From the human T2T-CHM13v2.0 reference genome, Homo sapiens, in the NCBI RefSeq assembly GCF_009914755.1, contig NC_060929.1: a stretch of DNA of 64,000 nt; one strand, given 5' to 3'. Positions 32,980 to 48,440 of this stretch are shown piece by piece (position 1 is the stretch's first letter; each line of letters opens with the position of its first letter). The notes beneath the pieces were generated by a model. That model was not told the DNA's origin. It saw nothing but the letters and a program-made list of their open reading frames with translations, and searched no databases. The position numbers and the translations under genes are program-made.

Positions 32980-33260
32980 GGAGAGGAATAGTCGCTCATG
33001 CCTGTAATCCCAGCACTTTGGGAGGCCAAGACAGGAAGATCACTTGTGAAAAGGAGTTCAAGACCAGCCTGGGGAACATAGTGAGACCTTGTCTGTACCA
33101 AAAGTTTAAAAATTAGCCGGATGTAGTGGTGTGCACCTGTAGTCCCAGCTACTGGGGAGGCTGAGGTAGGAGGTTTGCTAGAGACCAGGGATTCGAAGCT
33201 GCTCTGAACTATGAGAACACCAGACTGGGAGGACAGAGTGAGACCCTGTATCTAAAAAAA
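32980..33260 (+). mobile_element. AluJ, degenerate
   Basis: ctcatgcctgtaatcccagcactttggg...gagtgagaccctgtatct. Confidence 0.88.
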
Positions 33261-33994
33261 CTGAGTTTCTTCAATCGAGCAGAAAACCTGTGGGCAGGAT
33301 AATTCTCTGGTGGCCTTCAGAGTCTCTGGGAGCCTTAGAAGTCATGCAGAGATATTTCCCTGCAGACCACTTTGCATGGCCTCCTAACTTCCAGTAAAGT
33401 TTTGTATCTTTGGCTAATTAAACTGAGGGTTAATCTAATCTTTCAATGGTCAGTTTTCCCTAATCTGGAGTTTTTTTGAAACTTAAAAACATGGTTGTAT
33501 AACTGTGAAATAGAACAGATTTTCAAAATTTCTATACCTCAAATTACAAACTATATTGCATGTAGCTTTTACTTGGACTTGGTCGTTCAGAAAAGTGTAA
33601 CAAAATGACCTTCCATGTGTAAGTAGTTGCATAAGAGAAACCCCTTTAAGAATAATAGATAAAAGGAATTATCATATTAAGTTACACCTGAGGAATGTAC
33701 TTTATGTGCTGTATTTATAAGAAAAGCAATGGGCCAGCCAGAAACAGTGCATCAGTCCATATTGTGGAGTCTTGTTTAAAACTAATAGAGCCATATTCAT
33801 CCATTAATGAATGATGACTAAGACATCTCTCCAGAGGGGAATCTCTTTAGAGGGGAGATGAATGAATACTCAGTTCTTTTTAAGGGACCTTGGAAATCTA
33901 GACTCTTCAGTCTTCTCCATCCATCAACACTTTCAGTACCTGCTTTCTCAAGAGTCTTTTGCATTCATTTACTTGGATGAAGATTGCATTCTTT

Positions 33995-34205
33995 CAGACT
34001 TTGAGTAAGTGACTTAGATCATGGGTTTTGAGTTCAATCTGAGCCCTGAAACTCATTAGCAAGTTACTTATTCCCCCAAAGTCTCAGTTTCCTCAGCTAT
34101 AAAATGGACATAACAATAGCTTGTTTCACAAAATTGTTTGATGTAAATGAGATAATTCAGGACTTGACATATAAAAGTATCCAATAAAGGTTACTACTAC
34201 TACTA
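33995..34205 (+). mobile_element. MIR
   Basis: gtctcagtttcctcagctataaaatggacataacaata. Confidence 0.7.
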
Positions 34206-37200
34206 CAACTGACTCAAGTATTCATTTGCATTTGCTTTGAATGTCTTTATCTAATTAAAACTCTGCTTTAAGTGAACTCATTATACTAGTCTAACTCTGT
34301 ATGTTTCCCATTTGCCAAGTAAGCTGCCAGCAAAAGCTGCCAACAAAATTTACCGATTTCATGAAATCAAAGTGATGCAAAAGTTACTCCAAATGTAATT
34401 AGAGAAAACTTAATCATTAAACCAACGCTGAGAACAATCTGCATTATTTCAAGGCTTGAAACAATGGAAGTCTCTTCTGTTGTTTTTCAGTCTAAATGTA
34501 AGACAAATGAAAAAACCGTGCCCTTATGGGTGTGTGTACTACACATATACAAATATATACAAACATATCTACAGACATATAGATATATATACACCTATAC
34601 CTATAAATGAAGATACACACACACACATGCACACACACAATAGCAACAATTTTAAACATCTACTGGGAAATACTTTGCTAAAAAAAAAATAGAGTAAAAT
34701 GAAGACCTGGCTTCTTTCCACGTTCACAGTATTCTGGTGACTCAGAAGGTTCACTCCTAATGAAATCAGGAACATGCAAGTACTACCTTTGAATGTACTA
34801 TGTATATCAATGCTATATATAGATATTTTCAAAAGCCCATTAATAAAATATCCTCAATGGATTTCAATAATTTTCCTCTTTGCAGACAAGGTCTACTTCC
34901 ATAACACTACTGTACACATTCTTCAGGCCTGCAATATAAAATCCCTACATTTCTTGGAAGCGCAGCTGGCTTCTTCCCTACTTCAAAACCTCTGGAGTCT
35001 CCAGCCATTCCTCTTTCCTAAAGCAATCCCCTTCACAACTTTGGTTTCAGTGCTGCCACAGCGAACTTTCATTCCGTTGAAATCAACAGACATGAGAACA
35101 ACTAGGGACCCACGTAGCCAACAGTCAAGGAGATCCATTGGCTACCAGAACATGATGGGTCAGAAATATTTTAGAAAAAAAAGAAAAGAGGCAAACTTGC
35201 TTTTCCTCTTTAAGTGTTTTTTATTTAAAAATACAGTAAAAGGTTGCAACAAAATGAGCCCTGGATTATTTCCTAGGGTTGCTAAATACAAGTCTCTCCA
35301 TTTCTAAGGCTGAAGAATGATGTATTTCTGATCCTGCTATTGTTGGCTTGGATTTAAATTGTTTTCTATCATCAGTCAGGCAAGGATGACTCCAAGTAAC
35401 TAAATAACTCCAGCAGTAGCAGTAGCAACAATAATAACAAGCCCTGGGCTAAGAGTTAGGAGCTTGGGATTCTGCTCTGTGGTTTGCCATCGTCTCTAGG
35501 ATGTTAGGCACAATTACTTCCCGCTCTGAGCCTCCCTTTTCCTTGCTATAAAAAAAGGAGGTGAACTTGAATATATCAGAAATTAATTCTAAATATATTT
35601 ACTTTTAATCTTATAGGACAATCATGGAAAACATATTTTTTAAAAAGGTAATTGCAGTTCTTTAAAGAGGTTGCATTCTATAACAGCCTATCGTATGCAT
35701 TTTTTTCACATACAGGTGGAGACAGGTGCTTTGAAGACTGGCAAAATTTAGAGAATAGGTTCTCACATTCTGTCCAGAAGGACTCATATTCTTAATGAAA
35801 TCTCTTTTGTTCTGCTTGACAAAATATATTCACTCAATATCTTTATGAAAATGAATTAGGAAATCTGAGTTAAAAATTGATATATTAATGTTTGATAAAA
35901 TATATTTCAGTGTGAGATGACTACTCAGTCATCCTGTGGTAAAACTTTCAGAGTAGAGGAAGAGGATAAAATTAATAAAATCCTGCCTGTCTAAATTCAT
36001 TACAGACTAACATTGTCTTTTGCCATTTTACCAATGACAGAACATACAAAGCAGGAGGTGGTTGAATTACCTTCTGCTTCCTGCTGAATCTTTCTTTAAG
36101 AATGTGAGCATTTAATCAGAAGTGACAAGTTTCTGATCTAATGTTACATATGGGAGGTGTATACACATGTGAAGTCAAGGTGTCCCCCCTTATGCAGAAA
36201 GACAAACAATTGTTTTTAGATGGGTCAGCTACAACTGAGAACATAAGAAAGTCATTCCTTCCATAAGAACTGTCCCAACAAAATCAGTAGGAGTATATAC
36301 CCTGAGCCATTTCTTCAACTAATGAGACTATAAATTACAACAAGACAACTATAAGATTATAAATTGTGTCACAAATAATTTTGCCTATTTCTCATTAAAA
36401 TAAGAAGTAAATTTTAAATAATAGTCCTGCATTTGATAGCCACAACCAAATAGTCCATCTTATATAAAAACCATAAGCCATATCCTATATTAGATCAAGA
36501 AATATATTTTAAATATGTCCTATCATGGATGAAGAATGATGGTGAGGAGGGTTTTATTGACGTGACAAACATGCTTACTATACATTCATTGTTAATTTAA
36601 AAAGATACAAAATTGTATATATAAGATGAATGTTTTCATAATAAACTACATATATACATTTTTAAAAGAAAAATACTTTAAAGGCATATACAGCAAGACC
36701 AAGGTGGTGGTTATCTCTGTGTGGTAGGATTGGGGTACTTTTATTTTCATAAGAACTATAGTTTCTAAATAGTCAATAAGAAACATGGATTATTTCATGA
36801 TTCAACGAAGATTTTACTGTGTTTGTTGAAGAGTTTTCAATGTGATTAAGTATGATGTAATATTAATGACTTGGTATAAATAATATACAGCCAACTTATA
36901 TTTAGATTCTAAGTTTTAATGAAAATATGCACTGTTATGCTCACAAAAACATGTCATCAATTGGTAATTCAAGTTGACTGCTCTTTTGTGTACCTGAATG
37001 TTATGATATTTTTGATTTCTTAATAAATCAGGGTTTTCTTCAAGGAGATAAATAGTTTCTTGAGCAATTGAAATATTTTAAATACCGTTTTATGCGTAAT
37101 GAGATGGAAGTGCTAAAAGGATATATGTCATACATTAACAAAGTCACAGAATTAATGGGCTTAGGGAAGCTAGAATAAACATTTAGCAATCATTTAAATG

Positions 37201-37424
37201 AGTGATCAGAAGAATCACTAATTTTGGACAAGAATGCAGGTGTTCTGATTTCCTGTCCATTGTAATTATTCATTAGTTTTTGAAACCCAATAAATATCCT
37301 ATTTTAAGTGAATAATAGTCTGAATTATACCTATGTGACCTTCTTTATGATGAGCATGTCAACACCAGATTAAATCTGATTTTTACCTGCTTGCGCTTCA
37401 GCTGAGTTCATTGATAGAATTCTG

Positions 37425-37532
37425 CTTTCTATTTAATATTTGGGTGATGGGCTCAACAGAAGCACAAACCCCAGCATTGCCCAATATACCTCAAGTATAC
37501 AAACCTGCACTTATACCTCCTGAACCTAAAAT
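37425..37532 (+). mobile_element. L1PB 3'-end fragment
   Basis: tgggtgatgggctcaacagaagcacaaaccccagcatt...aaacctgcac. Confidence 0.7.
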
Positions 37533-37550
37533 TTTTTTTTTTTAATTGTA

Positions 37551-37847
37551 GGCCAAGCACAGAAGATCAGACCTGTAATCCTAGCACTTTGGGAAGCCGA
37601 GGCAGGTGGATGGCTTGAGCCCAGGAGTTCAAGAACAGCCTGGGTAACAAGGCGAAACCTCACCTCTACAAAAATGATACAAGAAATACCCAGGTGTGAT
37701 GGCACATGCCTGTAGGTCCAGCTACTCAGGAGGCTGAGGTGGGAGAATTACTTGGGCCCAGGAAGCAGAGGTTGCTGTGAGTCGAGATTGCATCATTGCA
37801 CTTTAGCCTGGGTGACAGAGTGAGACACTGTCTCACACACAAAAAAA
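37551..37847 (+). mobile_element. AluJ
   Basis: Full dimer with gcttgagcccaggagttc. Confidence 0.9.
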
Positions 37848-38166
37848 TTTCTGTATTTTCTATATCATTTTTCTTTAAACTATTCTGAAAATGATCTAAT
37901 TGGGTCAATGTTATTTTGGAATAGACCATATTTCAGTCTGTTTTAAATATCTGCTTTTTAAATCGCTAGGATTTCTTCTGCCTAGTCAACTGGAATGTCT
38001 TTTGTTGCCACATCTACAGCTAAGCTACTCCCAAGAAAACATTCTTCCCCATATCTAGCCATATCTCTTGATGGAAATCTCTAAAGAGTTTGGTAAATTA
38101 CAGGAAATATTTAATTTTATAATTAGATTGTCCTGAGTTATCAACAGTGACCAAGAGTGAAGGTGA

Positions 38167-38508
38167 GTGGTATCTTGTGATTGTCTGTGTCCCACAAATT
38201 CATGAGTTGAACCTAATTTCCAATGTAATGGTAGTGGGAGAAAGAGCCTTTGGGGAGAAGATTAGGTCTTGAGGGCAGGATCTAATGGGATTAGTGCCCA
38301 TAGTTTGCCTTGCTGCTTTCACCTGGTGAGGACACAGTGAGAAGGTATCATCCATGAATCAGGAAACCTGCCCTCATCAGACACCATATCTGCTGGTGAC
38401 TTCATTTTGGACTTCCCAGCCTGCAGAACTGTGAGAAATAATTTTCTGCTGTTTACAAAGCCTCCCAGTTTATGGTATTTTATTATAGTGCCCAAATCAA
38501 CTAAGACA
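38167..38508 (+). mobile_element. MLT1A-like MaLR solo LTR
   Basis: gtcccacaaattcatgagttgaacctaa...ggacttcccagcctgcagaactgtgagaaataa...ctaagaca. Confidence 0.85.
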
Positions 38509-38593
38509 GTGAGGATTTTGTATTCAAGACTTTCAATATTCTTTGGTCACAAACTGCAATTTTAAGCTTTTTTAATAAAAAAAAGAAGCACTT

Positions 38594-38901
<308 letters not shown>

Positions 38902-40368
38902 TTAATTATTCCTGAAATTCCTGAAGCTCTTCAAATAAAGTTAAGAAAATGGAGGAGTGATAAGACATGATGAGAAGAAAAGGAGAGGCTTGGTTTAGGA
39001 AGAACCATACAACACATTATTAAATGAAAATTATTGAAGGCATGCTACAACTGAGGCGCTTGCCTTGGGGATTGAGGGTCTCAGTTAAGAGTTGTCATGA
39101 CCACCTGGGTCCCATGCCAGGCATCTAATTTCCTCACTTGTGATCTCAAACTGACAAATGCAATGGCTGCAGATACCTGGTTCCTCTACAAGTTTGCATC
39201 CTCAACACTGTTTGACAATCCTTTGAATTTTCTTTAGCGGTTTTCTTTTGCATTCTAGACATGCCTGGCCTAGGTTTTTCCCATTCCTTTCAATGCACTT
39301 GCTCAGTCCCACTCTTTCTGTTCTACACAAAGAAACTAGTGTCTTACTTCACAGAACAATGAAAAGATAACTAGGGTAAAGTTCTATAATTTCCCATCCA
39401 TGCTTCCATTTATTTATTAAATATTAAGTGGTACTGAGCACTTACTATCCACCAATTACTGTGCTACTCCAACTATATGATTTCATTTTTTATTCTCATA
39501 GATTATACATTATTTTACACTGATTGATCACTGACTCAAAGAATGACTGGGTAGAAAATATTGATAGCATCTAATTCACCCCTCTTCCTATGAATGAGGA
39601 CAATAAAACCTGGAAAATATGCTTAAGGTTCAATGAGAAGCCACCGACAAAAGTCCAAATTAAAACCCAACTTCCATTATCATTACTCTTTGTTAAGGAA
39701 ATTGGTTGGAATCTATCTGCAAAGCATTAGAAATCTGTTCCCAGAGCCCCTGGAATGATTTTCATACTGAAAAGCAAAGGAATAACTAAGAGTATGCTGC
39801 AATCGTGTGCTTTTAGAGATGAGAAAACAGAGATCCAATAAGGATGAAAACTGTTAGAACTTAGTCTATAAAAAAAGGGTCCATATTTCTAAATCTTCAT
39901 CTCATCTCCTGAAATCCTCAAGACCACTATAACTTAATGCAAGCTTGCTGAGCAGCTGGTGTGCATGCTTAAATTTCTTGCTAACCAAGCACAAAATATG
40001 AGCATGAGTAGACTTAGAGCTCTTGTGCACCATCAGAAGCAGTGGGCATGCTTTTGCAGAAAGAAAATTTGACAAGAGTGGTAGCAAGGTTCTGGCTGAC
40101 GAGCTTTGAGCACCCCTCTCCGGATAATGGATCAGCCTGGCTATCCGTGATCATGGATCTCACCCACTGAGCCACACATCCTCTGAGATGAGATGACCAC
40201 CTCTTCTGACACAGGTACTCAAAGGATGTGTTCATAGAAGATTCTGTACACACGAGAGATGGGAACTATCATCCCATGGCTGCAGACCTTTTAAATGTTG
40301 AGTGGTATTTCCCAGATAATAGAACAAAAGGTCCCTAGGCCTCTGAAACATGAAATTTTGTTCCCCAA

Positions 40369-40662
40369 TTTTTTTTTTTTTTTTTTTTGAGACAGGGTAC
40401 GGCTCTGTCATCCAGGCTGTAGCGCAGTGGCATGAATTCGCTCATTGCAACATCCGCCTCCTGGGCTCAAGCCATCCTCCCACCTCAGCCTCCTCCAGAG
40501 AAGCAGGCACTACAGGCACATGCCACCACACCCAGCTAATTTTCATATGTTTTGCAGAGACAGGGTTTTGCTATTTTGCCCAGGCTGGTCCTGAACTCCT
40601 GAGGTCAAGCAATCTGCCCACCTCAGCCTCCCAAAGTGCTGAGATTACAGGCATGCCCAGAC
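40369..40662 (-). mobile_element. AluJ
   Basis: Poly-T, gagacagggt..., ctgggctcaagccatcctcccacctcagcc. Confidence 0.9.
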
Positions 40663-42235
40663 CCAAATTTTATTATGAAGACATTCAAACAGACAAGCTG
40701 AAAGAACAATACAATGAACACTTACATACCTACCGTTAAATTCAATAAGCATTGATATTTTGCAATACTTCTTTCTCTATCTTTATTATGTTTTAATACC
40801 TGAAGATTTCACTGAAGAAAACCTATGAAAGAAACTTACTCAGATACTGTAAATGACTGTCCCTCCTTTAACCTACCCCACCAATCTTTGTTTGTCTTAA
40901 TGGGAAAGAAGTTTAAGCCCTTAGATTTTGCCTTAAACTCACAAGACATTCAGCTTACAGGCTTAGTTCTACCCAATTTCTTGGTCACTGCCTTGATATT
41001 TAAAGTTTTTCTTCTGCCAGCTTCCCATATCCACATCTTCATGGTTGCCCTTCAATATGTCTTACCCAGACTAGTAAATTTTGCCACTGCCAAATTATTT
41101 ACAAAGATCTTGCCTGTGCCTCAGAAATCCACACAGCAAAATTCCCTACTAAACTGGAACCAGTGTGAACCACAGGACCTAATAATGCACCTTTCATAGA
41201 AGACTCAGGCAGGTTGTTCATTAGGGCCTTATTTTTATCAGTCCAGAATAAAGCCTGTACTTATGGACTAATAAAAGTTGTTTCCATCTAAACACTTTTT
41301 TATCTTTTTTGTTCCCTGCATGCTCTCAGGTGATTCCTAGTATTCTTTATTTCCATCTTGCCAGTACATAAGCAGGACAGAATAGTGAAGATCAACGTCT
41401 TTACCTTCAGATAACTAAGCTCATCTGCAGAGCAGCTGTGTAATTTTGTCAGCAAGTTCCCTCATTTCTTCATGTAAGATGGAGAAAATGATGGTACCCA
41501 TTTTGCTGGGTTAAAGTTAATATAAATAAGATAATATATGTAAAGTTCTGGCACTGTGACAAGTACATGCTAAGTCTCTTAATGAGTACTAACTACTGAT
41601 ATTAATATTATTACTATTTTAAGTGTCATTTCAATGCAGACCTATGGAATACAGACACAAACTTCTCACTACATTGTCAGCAATAGAAAATTACTGGCTG
41701 GGGGTGGGTAAGTAGCAGGAGGGGCAAAGTATTGTAGAATCAACTGTAACAATAGAATAATATATTTTAGCATTATATAAAATGGAGCTAGAAATTAAAT
41801 AGAATAAAAGCTAACTTTAACTGAATTCCTTTTACCTATCTATTGCAAATGAACCTCCTTGAGTTGAGAAAGATCTGATATGCATAAATTTCTCTCTAAG
41901 GAATAAATTGTTCTACTATTTGCCCATTGAAGCTGGAATTGGACATTTATATATTTCCTGATGAATGTTCTTATTAATCTTCTCTTCACAATTAACAATA
42001 CAGCTGAGAACAATCACCATTCATGAGCCCTCTCCGTGGGGAAGTGTTAATTCTATGTATGTTAGATGTGTTCAGGAACCTGCATATTTTTTAATAGCCC
42101 TTGATGGAAGTGGGAATGGGAGAATGATTATTTTCCAATGACATGAATTAAAGGTACAGCAATAGTGTCCCAGTGATCTTAATGATAAGAATAACTTGTC
42201 GTCATTTTTGTTTGATTAATGACTTAATGATATAA

Positions 42236-42585
<350 letters not shown>

Positions 42586-43434
42586 CCCTTTTCCTCTCAA
42601 TTCTAAAGGCATTCTGATTTTGCTGTCCACTCAACTTTGCCTACATGCATTTATGAATTCATCCTCAACTTTTATTGCACTGCTATTTACAGTGTAGGTG
42701 CTTAGTCAGTATTGGGTATACAAAGGAGAATATGACATGTCCTGTGCCCTAAAAATAGGTATTCTGGAGAAACAGGAAGAGTGCAGGGTGATTTCTGCAT
42801 TATTTCTGTGAAGATGAAGTGATATGATGGACAAAATGCATCCAGCACTGGGTCTGCTCTGGGTAACTTATCATTTCTAAGTCTCCTGCCTTCTTCTAGA
42901 TTCTTACCTCCCTCCATGCTTAACTTTTTAAAAATATTAAACTACAGTCTTTTTTCATTCCCTATTCTCCACTGCACACATGGTCACCCTCTCATCAAGG
43001 TCTCTCTGATACTGTATGTTTTGTAGTTGATTCCAAGTAATAATTTTAGTATCATGTATCTGCTGAACACAATTCTTTCCATTAGTACTTTCGAAGTCCA
43101 CCACTTCAGTAGAATCTTTTCAGACTTTGCCAGTCAACTTACCTTCTCTCTCTTCTATTTCCTTCTTTTCTGAGGCATGTATGTGAGCAGTGCCTGTATC
43201 TAACTCATTTGTCTACCACCAGTGTTTGCCACAGAGTACAAATGTGCTCTCATTCTGCCTCTCTTATCCCTCCCTCCCTTGAAGGCCAAATGCCTTTTTC
43301 TCGACAAATGTCATAAACAAAACAGCTGAATCTAAGGATCTAAGATAAAGTATCAGTCAGGAGTACTGAACAAAGCAGAAAATAAAAATGAGATAGAATA
43401 GACAAGAAATATGTGGAATTGGAGGCATCCTGTT

Positions 43435-43680
43435 GAGGGCTTTGGCTCTGAACTTGGAACAGGGTTTATGTACCATCTCCAGAGATTACTTTCTTTGTAA
43501 TCTTTGGCAAATTGCATCAGCCTCTGTTTCTTCATTTGAAAACAAAGACAATAGCAGTTCCTAATGTATGAGGTTGTTGTAAGGGTTAACTATAATAATG
43601 CATGAAAGCACTTAGCTCAATGTCTGACCCATAACAAGTGTTCAATAAATGAATATTATTGTTATTATTATCACCATTAT
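43435..43680 (+). mobile_element. MIR
   Basis: cagcctctgtttcttcatttgaaaa...gaaagcacttagc...tcaataaatg. Confidence 0.75.
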
Positions 43681-44429
43681 GAGAAGGTAACCACATATTC
43701 ATGTAACACAGAATAAATTAGGCAACTGAAAATCTGAGTTTAGAATTTCTTCCACTCTAATGAAGAGAAATCCTTTATATTATAGTGTTTTCAGAGAAAG
43801 ATATATTTTTTCTTCTTTTTTTCTAGAAAACCATCTTTTAATATGAAACCATGCTTTCAGTACAGAATAAACTTTAAAAGAAAAACTATCTTATTCTATA
43901 AATTATCCTCACCCAGATATCAGAGTATCACAGTTATTTCCTGACATAGAGGTATATTTGAGTATACATTTCCCATTAATAAACATGAGATGACTACTTT
44001 ATTTATTTGCAAGTCTGATTGCTCCTTGGAAGGTAAGAGGTCACAATAAGCTTTCTCATCATCAGAGGGCCATGATCCCGTTGAGGCAGCTCAGAAGCAA
44101 TTTACAAAACACAGCATCTCCCATATTCAAACAATTAGTTGGCATTCACAATGTTTTTGTATTTTAAAGAAACCCTATGTCTCAGCTATTTTGATATTCT
44201 TTATCCCTAGTCCTTAAAGAAAGCAGCTTTAGGATCAGCAGCTGATATTGGAAGATAATTCAGAAAAATGTAGTCTTAGCTGAGGTTAAGTTCCTTTGTA
44301 AGCATGCTACCTTAAGCTCTCAAATGTCTAGTGGATAGGAGGCTTAACTGTTTCTTAGTAGAATTGAAGAAAGATAAGGAAAATAGCACAATATTTCCAT
44401 CCAATGAAAATTAACAGCTATTTTGTTCA

Positions 44430-45085
<656 letters not shown>

Positions 45086-45098
45086 AAGAAAACAAATT

Positions 45099-45145
<47 letters not shown>

Positions 45146-45148
45146 ATG
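45099..45148. repeat. (TA)n(TG)n microsatellite
   Basis: Directly visible. Confidence 0.95.
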
Positions 45149-45469
45149 GCCACAAATACAAACATATACTGTTCACATATAGAGGCAAATACTAATTTAT
45201 TAAACCCATTCTTACCCAGTACCTGGCATGGGCCAGGCACAGTGGTGGGCACTATGAATACAGAAGTGAAGAGAATATATTCACATGAAATTTATGAAAT
45301 ATTTCCGAGGAAGAAAGATATTAAGGAATAATTACCTAATGATTAATTTGTGCTTCCCAAAGTGGAGTACACGGGACTCTTTTAGGTGAGATATAAACAC
45401 AATTTTAAAAATAGTTATGTATTTGTTTCTATGTATACTAAAAAAATTAACTAGCACATCCAAACCTAA

Positions 45470-45930
45470 GAATCCATCAATTCATTCTTCCATTCATTCA
45501 TTCATTAAATATATAATTTGTATCTAGTATTTGACAGGAACCATTGAGGTGCTGAGATGAAAGTGGTAAACAAGACAGATTAAATGCCTGCTCTCAGGGA
45601 ATTTAAAAACAAAGCATAGATAAATCAACAGAATCATGTAAAATTATGCTACATTTTATGAGGCACATAAATCAAGGTGCGAAATATCTAACTGGAATGG
45701 TGACAAAAAGCTTTTCTTGGGAGTTGGCATTGTGCAGAGAGCAGAGAAGGAGCCCAAACCACTGGCTCTTGGGAAAAGAACATGCTGAGCAGAGGGGAAT
45801 CTGTAGAGGCCCTAAGATAAATAGACAGGCTTGACATGTTTGAAGAATCAGTAAGACCTGCTTGTTTGAGCCAGTGATACATAGGGAGAGTAGAAACACA
45901 GCAGTCAAGAAAATTAGCCCCATGAAATTT
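45470..45930 (-). mobile_element. L2 fragment
   Basis: cattcattcattcattaaat...aacaagacaga...cctgctctcaggga...ggcttgacatgtttgaagaatcagtaagacc. Confidence 0.7.
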
Positions 45931-48146
45931 TAGAAGGGTATGCATATTTAAAATAGATTGTTACAAAGTGGCTAACTTATTATGGTAGTAATTGTAAGAG
46001 TTTGTAAATGAGAATCCTAATCAGTCTAGTCTGATCAAGGTGGGTTTTCCAGAAAAGGCGACATGTACACTGAGGCTAATGTAAGCTTCTCAGCTATCTA
46101 AACAATATTAATTCAGTCAGTTTATCATGAGAATTTTAATCCCAGCCTTACGGACAAGTAGGCTGGGCTGCAACTTTTAGAAACAGTGGGCTGGCTCCTG
46201 TAATGTGAGCATTGCTCTTGGGGTCCCAATTCTACCATTTCTCAATTCTGTTTCTAGGATGTAAATATACATAACTTCTTTTAGTTTCAGTTCCATTAAA
46301 TATAAATGGGGCTTTTAATACATGCCTGATCTAATCAGAAGGTTATTATGAAAATTAAATGTACAACTCAAATGCAATTTGTAAACTACAAAAAGCTATA
46401 TACTATGAATGAAGCATTTATAAGTGACATATTTTATCCATTAGAAGCCTATGGGTACAATGTAATTGCTCTCTCACCCTCATCTGAATGACTAAGTGAA
46501 GGTCCAAATATTCATTTGAAAAGCATAATTACAATTCTATTTTAAAATCAGTTCACAATGCCCTACTTGAGGGTTTTTTAAAAACTAGAATCATGTATTA
46601 ATTATCTCTGCAACCTGAGAGGCTAGAGCAGTGCCCAGGGCTCAAATAACAAATGAATGAAATAATATATGTCCAGTAAGCTATGCCTAGTGGATTTCTG
46701 CACAAATCTGCATAATTTTGTGTATAAGACACATACTTAAATTTCAGTAAAATCTTGCATTTTTCTAACCTTTGTTGAGATTTATACATCTTAATTGGTT
46801 TATATTATTTTAAAATATGACTCATATTATCTGCTCTAACACCGAACAGTTTTCATGGGAACAACGTAACTCGTTGTAAAAAATATTTAAATATTTTCTG
46901 TGGCTTAGAAAACACACACATTTTGACCTCACTCAGAAATTAGTGTAGGACCCTCCAATTTTACAATCAAACTTCTATCCTATCAAAAGACATATTAATA
47001 TCCTAAATGTGTATCAAATAGTTGTCGGTGAAATTCGCTTTAGCGGATTACTCTGGTTAGCATTCTGGACTGTTCTGCAGCACTCTGCTTTAGGGAAGAA
47101 TTAGTTTGAGGATCTCTAGAGGAGCATGTTAATTTACAATAGAAGCAAGATGAACATTCATGAATTATATAACTAGAAAACAGTAAAAGGATCAGATATA
47201 TATTTTTGTGTGTGCCTATGTTACAAATAACCTAAAAACAGGACATAAAAAATAAAACATGCAATTAATATTGTGCTAGAAAGAACGCATTTAGTGATTT
47301 CCAATTCTTGAAATGGAAAATTTGACTATTATCTCTACAAGAGGAGAAAGCTACTTACACTTCTTTCATAAGCCCTCTTGAGAGTTAGGAGAAATAATAC
47401 CGTTTGGAAGGTGCTGAAGTTTACAAATCAGCTGAGATGTGTTTGGACACAGGAAACTATCTTATCTTTTGGACTAAATAAATGTTAAGATTGTGAGACC
47501 CTGCATTACATGCTAATTTCTGTTATTTGTCAGCAAGGCAGTGCCTGCTAAAAAATGCTCCCAGACAGGCCCTGGTGATTCTGCAAACTGTCACATCAAT
47601 TTTGATTTCATTTATTTTCAAATACACATCATGACACTGTCAAGAAAGGAAGAAGCTCCTGATTCGAACTCAATGTTAGTGCGCATAAAAAGAAAGCATG
47701 GTCCTGTCTTCTACCCTTTCCCCTAGGCTCCTATCCACCTGAGATAAATCCTTTGCACTTTAATATTACAAGGCTATCCTTCACATTTGACAACTCCACC
47801 TTTGGGAACTTGTCTCATAGTTGGTTTATTCAAACTGAAAAACCCCAAATAAACCACTTCTGGGTGCTCCTTGATCCACGTTATCACCACCCGAGAAGGA
47901 TTTACATAATTAAAACTAAAGCCAATTGATTTTCAATACCAAACAAGATAAAGTAAACCCATTGCAGGTTATTTCTTCCACGAATTACAACTAAAAATTC
48001 TGGACGAAATAAAACCACAACTACCTGATGACTATGCAAAGTAGAAAGACTGAGGAAATAATCAAAGTGTGAGAGATACTACTATAAGAGTGAGTTTCTC
48101 GATTATTTTTCTTCTTCCTCTTGTACTCCTTAAAGTAGCATGCATG

Positions 48147-48150
48147 TACA

Positions 48151-48188
<38 letters not shown>
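48147..48188. repeat. (CA)n microsatellite, read as (UG)n in the GABRB2 pre-mRNA
   Basis: Directly visible. Confidence 0.95.
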
Positions 48189-48190
<2 letters not shown>

Positions 48191-48204
48191 GCAGCCAAAA
48201 GTAT

Positions 48205-48385
48205 AAAGACCTCAATAAACAGAGAGAGATATTTCTGGACTCACAAAGTGAATATTGTTAAGATGTTGATACTCTCTAAATTGGTCTACAGATGAAATGC
48301 TATCTCATTTAATCTCAAATGTTATTCACTTCATTTCAAACCCTATCAGGATTTTTTTTGTAGATGTTGACAAGGTGATTCCAAA

Positions 48386-48440
<55 letters not shown>

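Noticed and set aside
34774-35307. Longest ORF (177 aa, + strand)
   Set aside because: No recognisable domain, composition typical of AT-rich non-coding DNA, antisense within an intron
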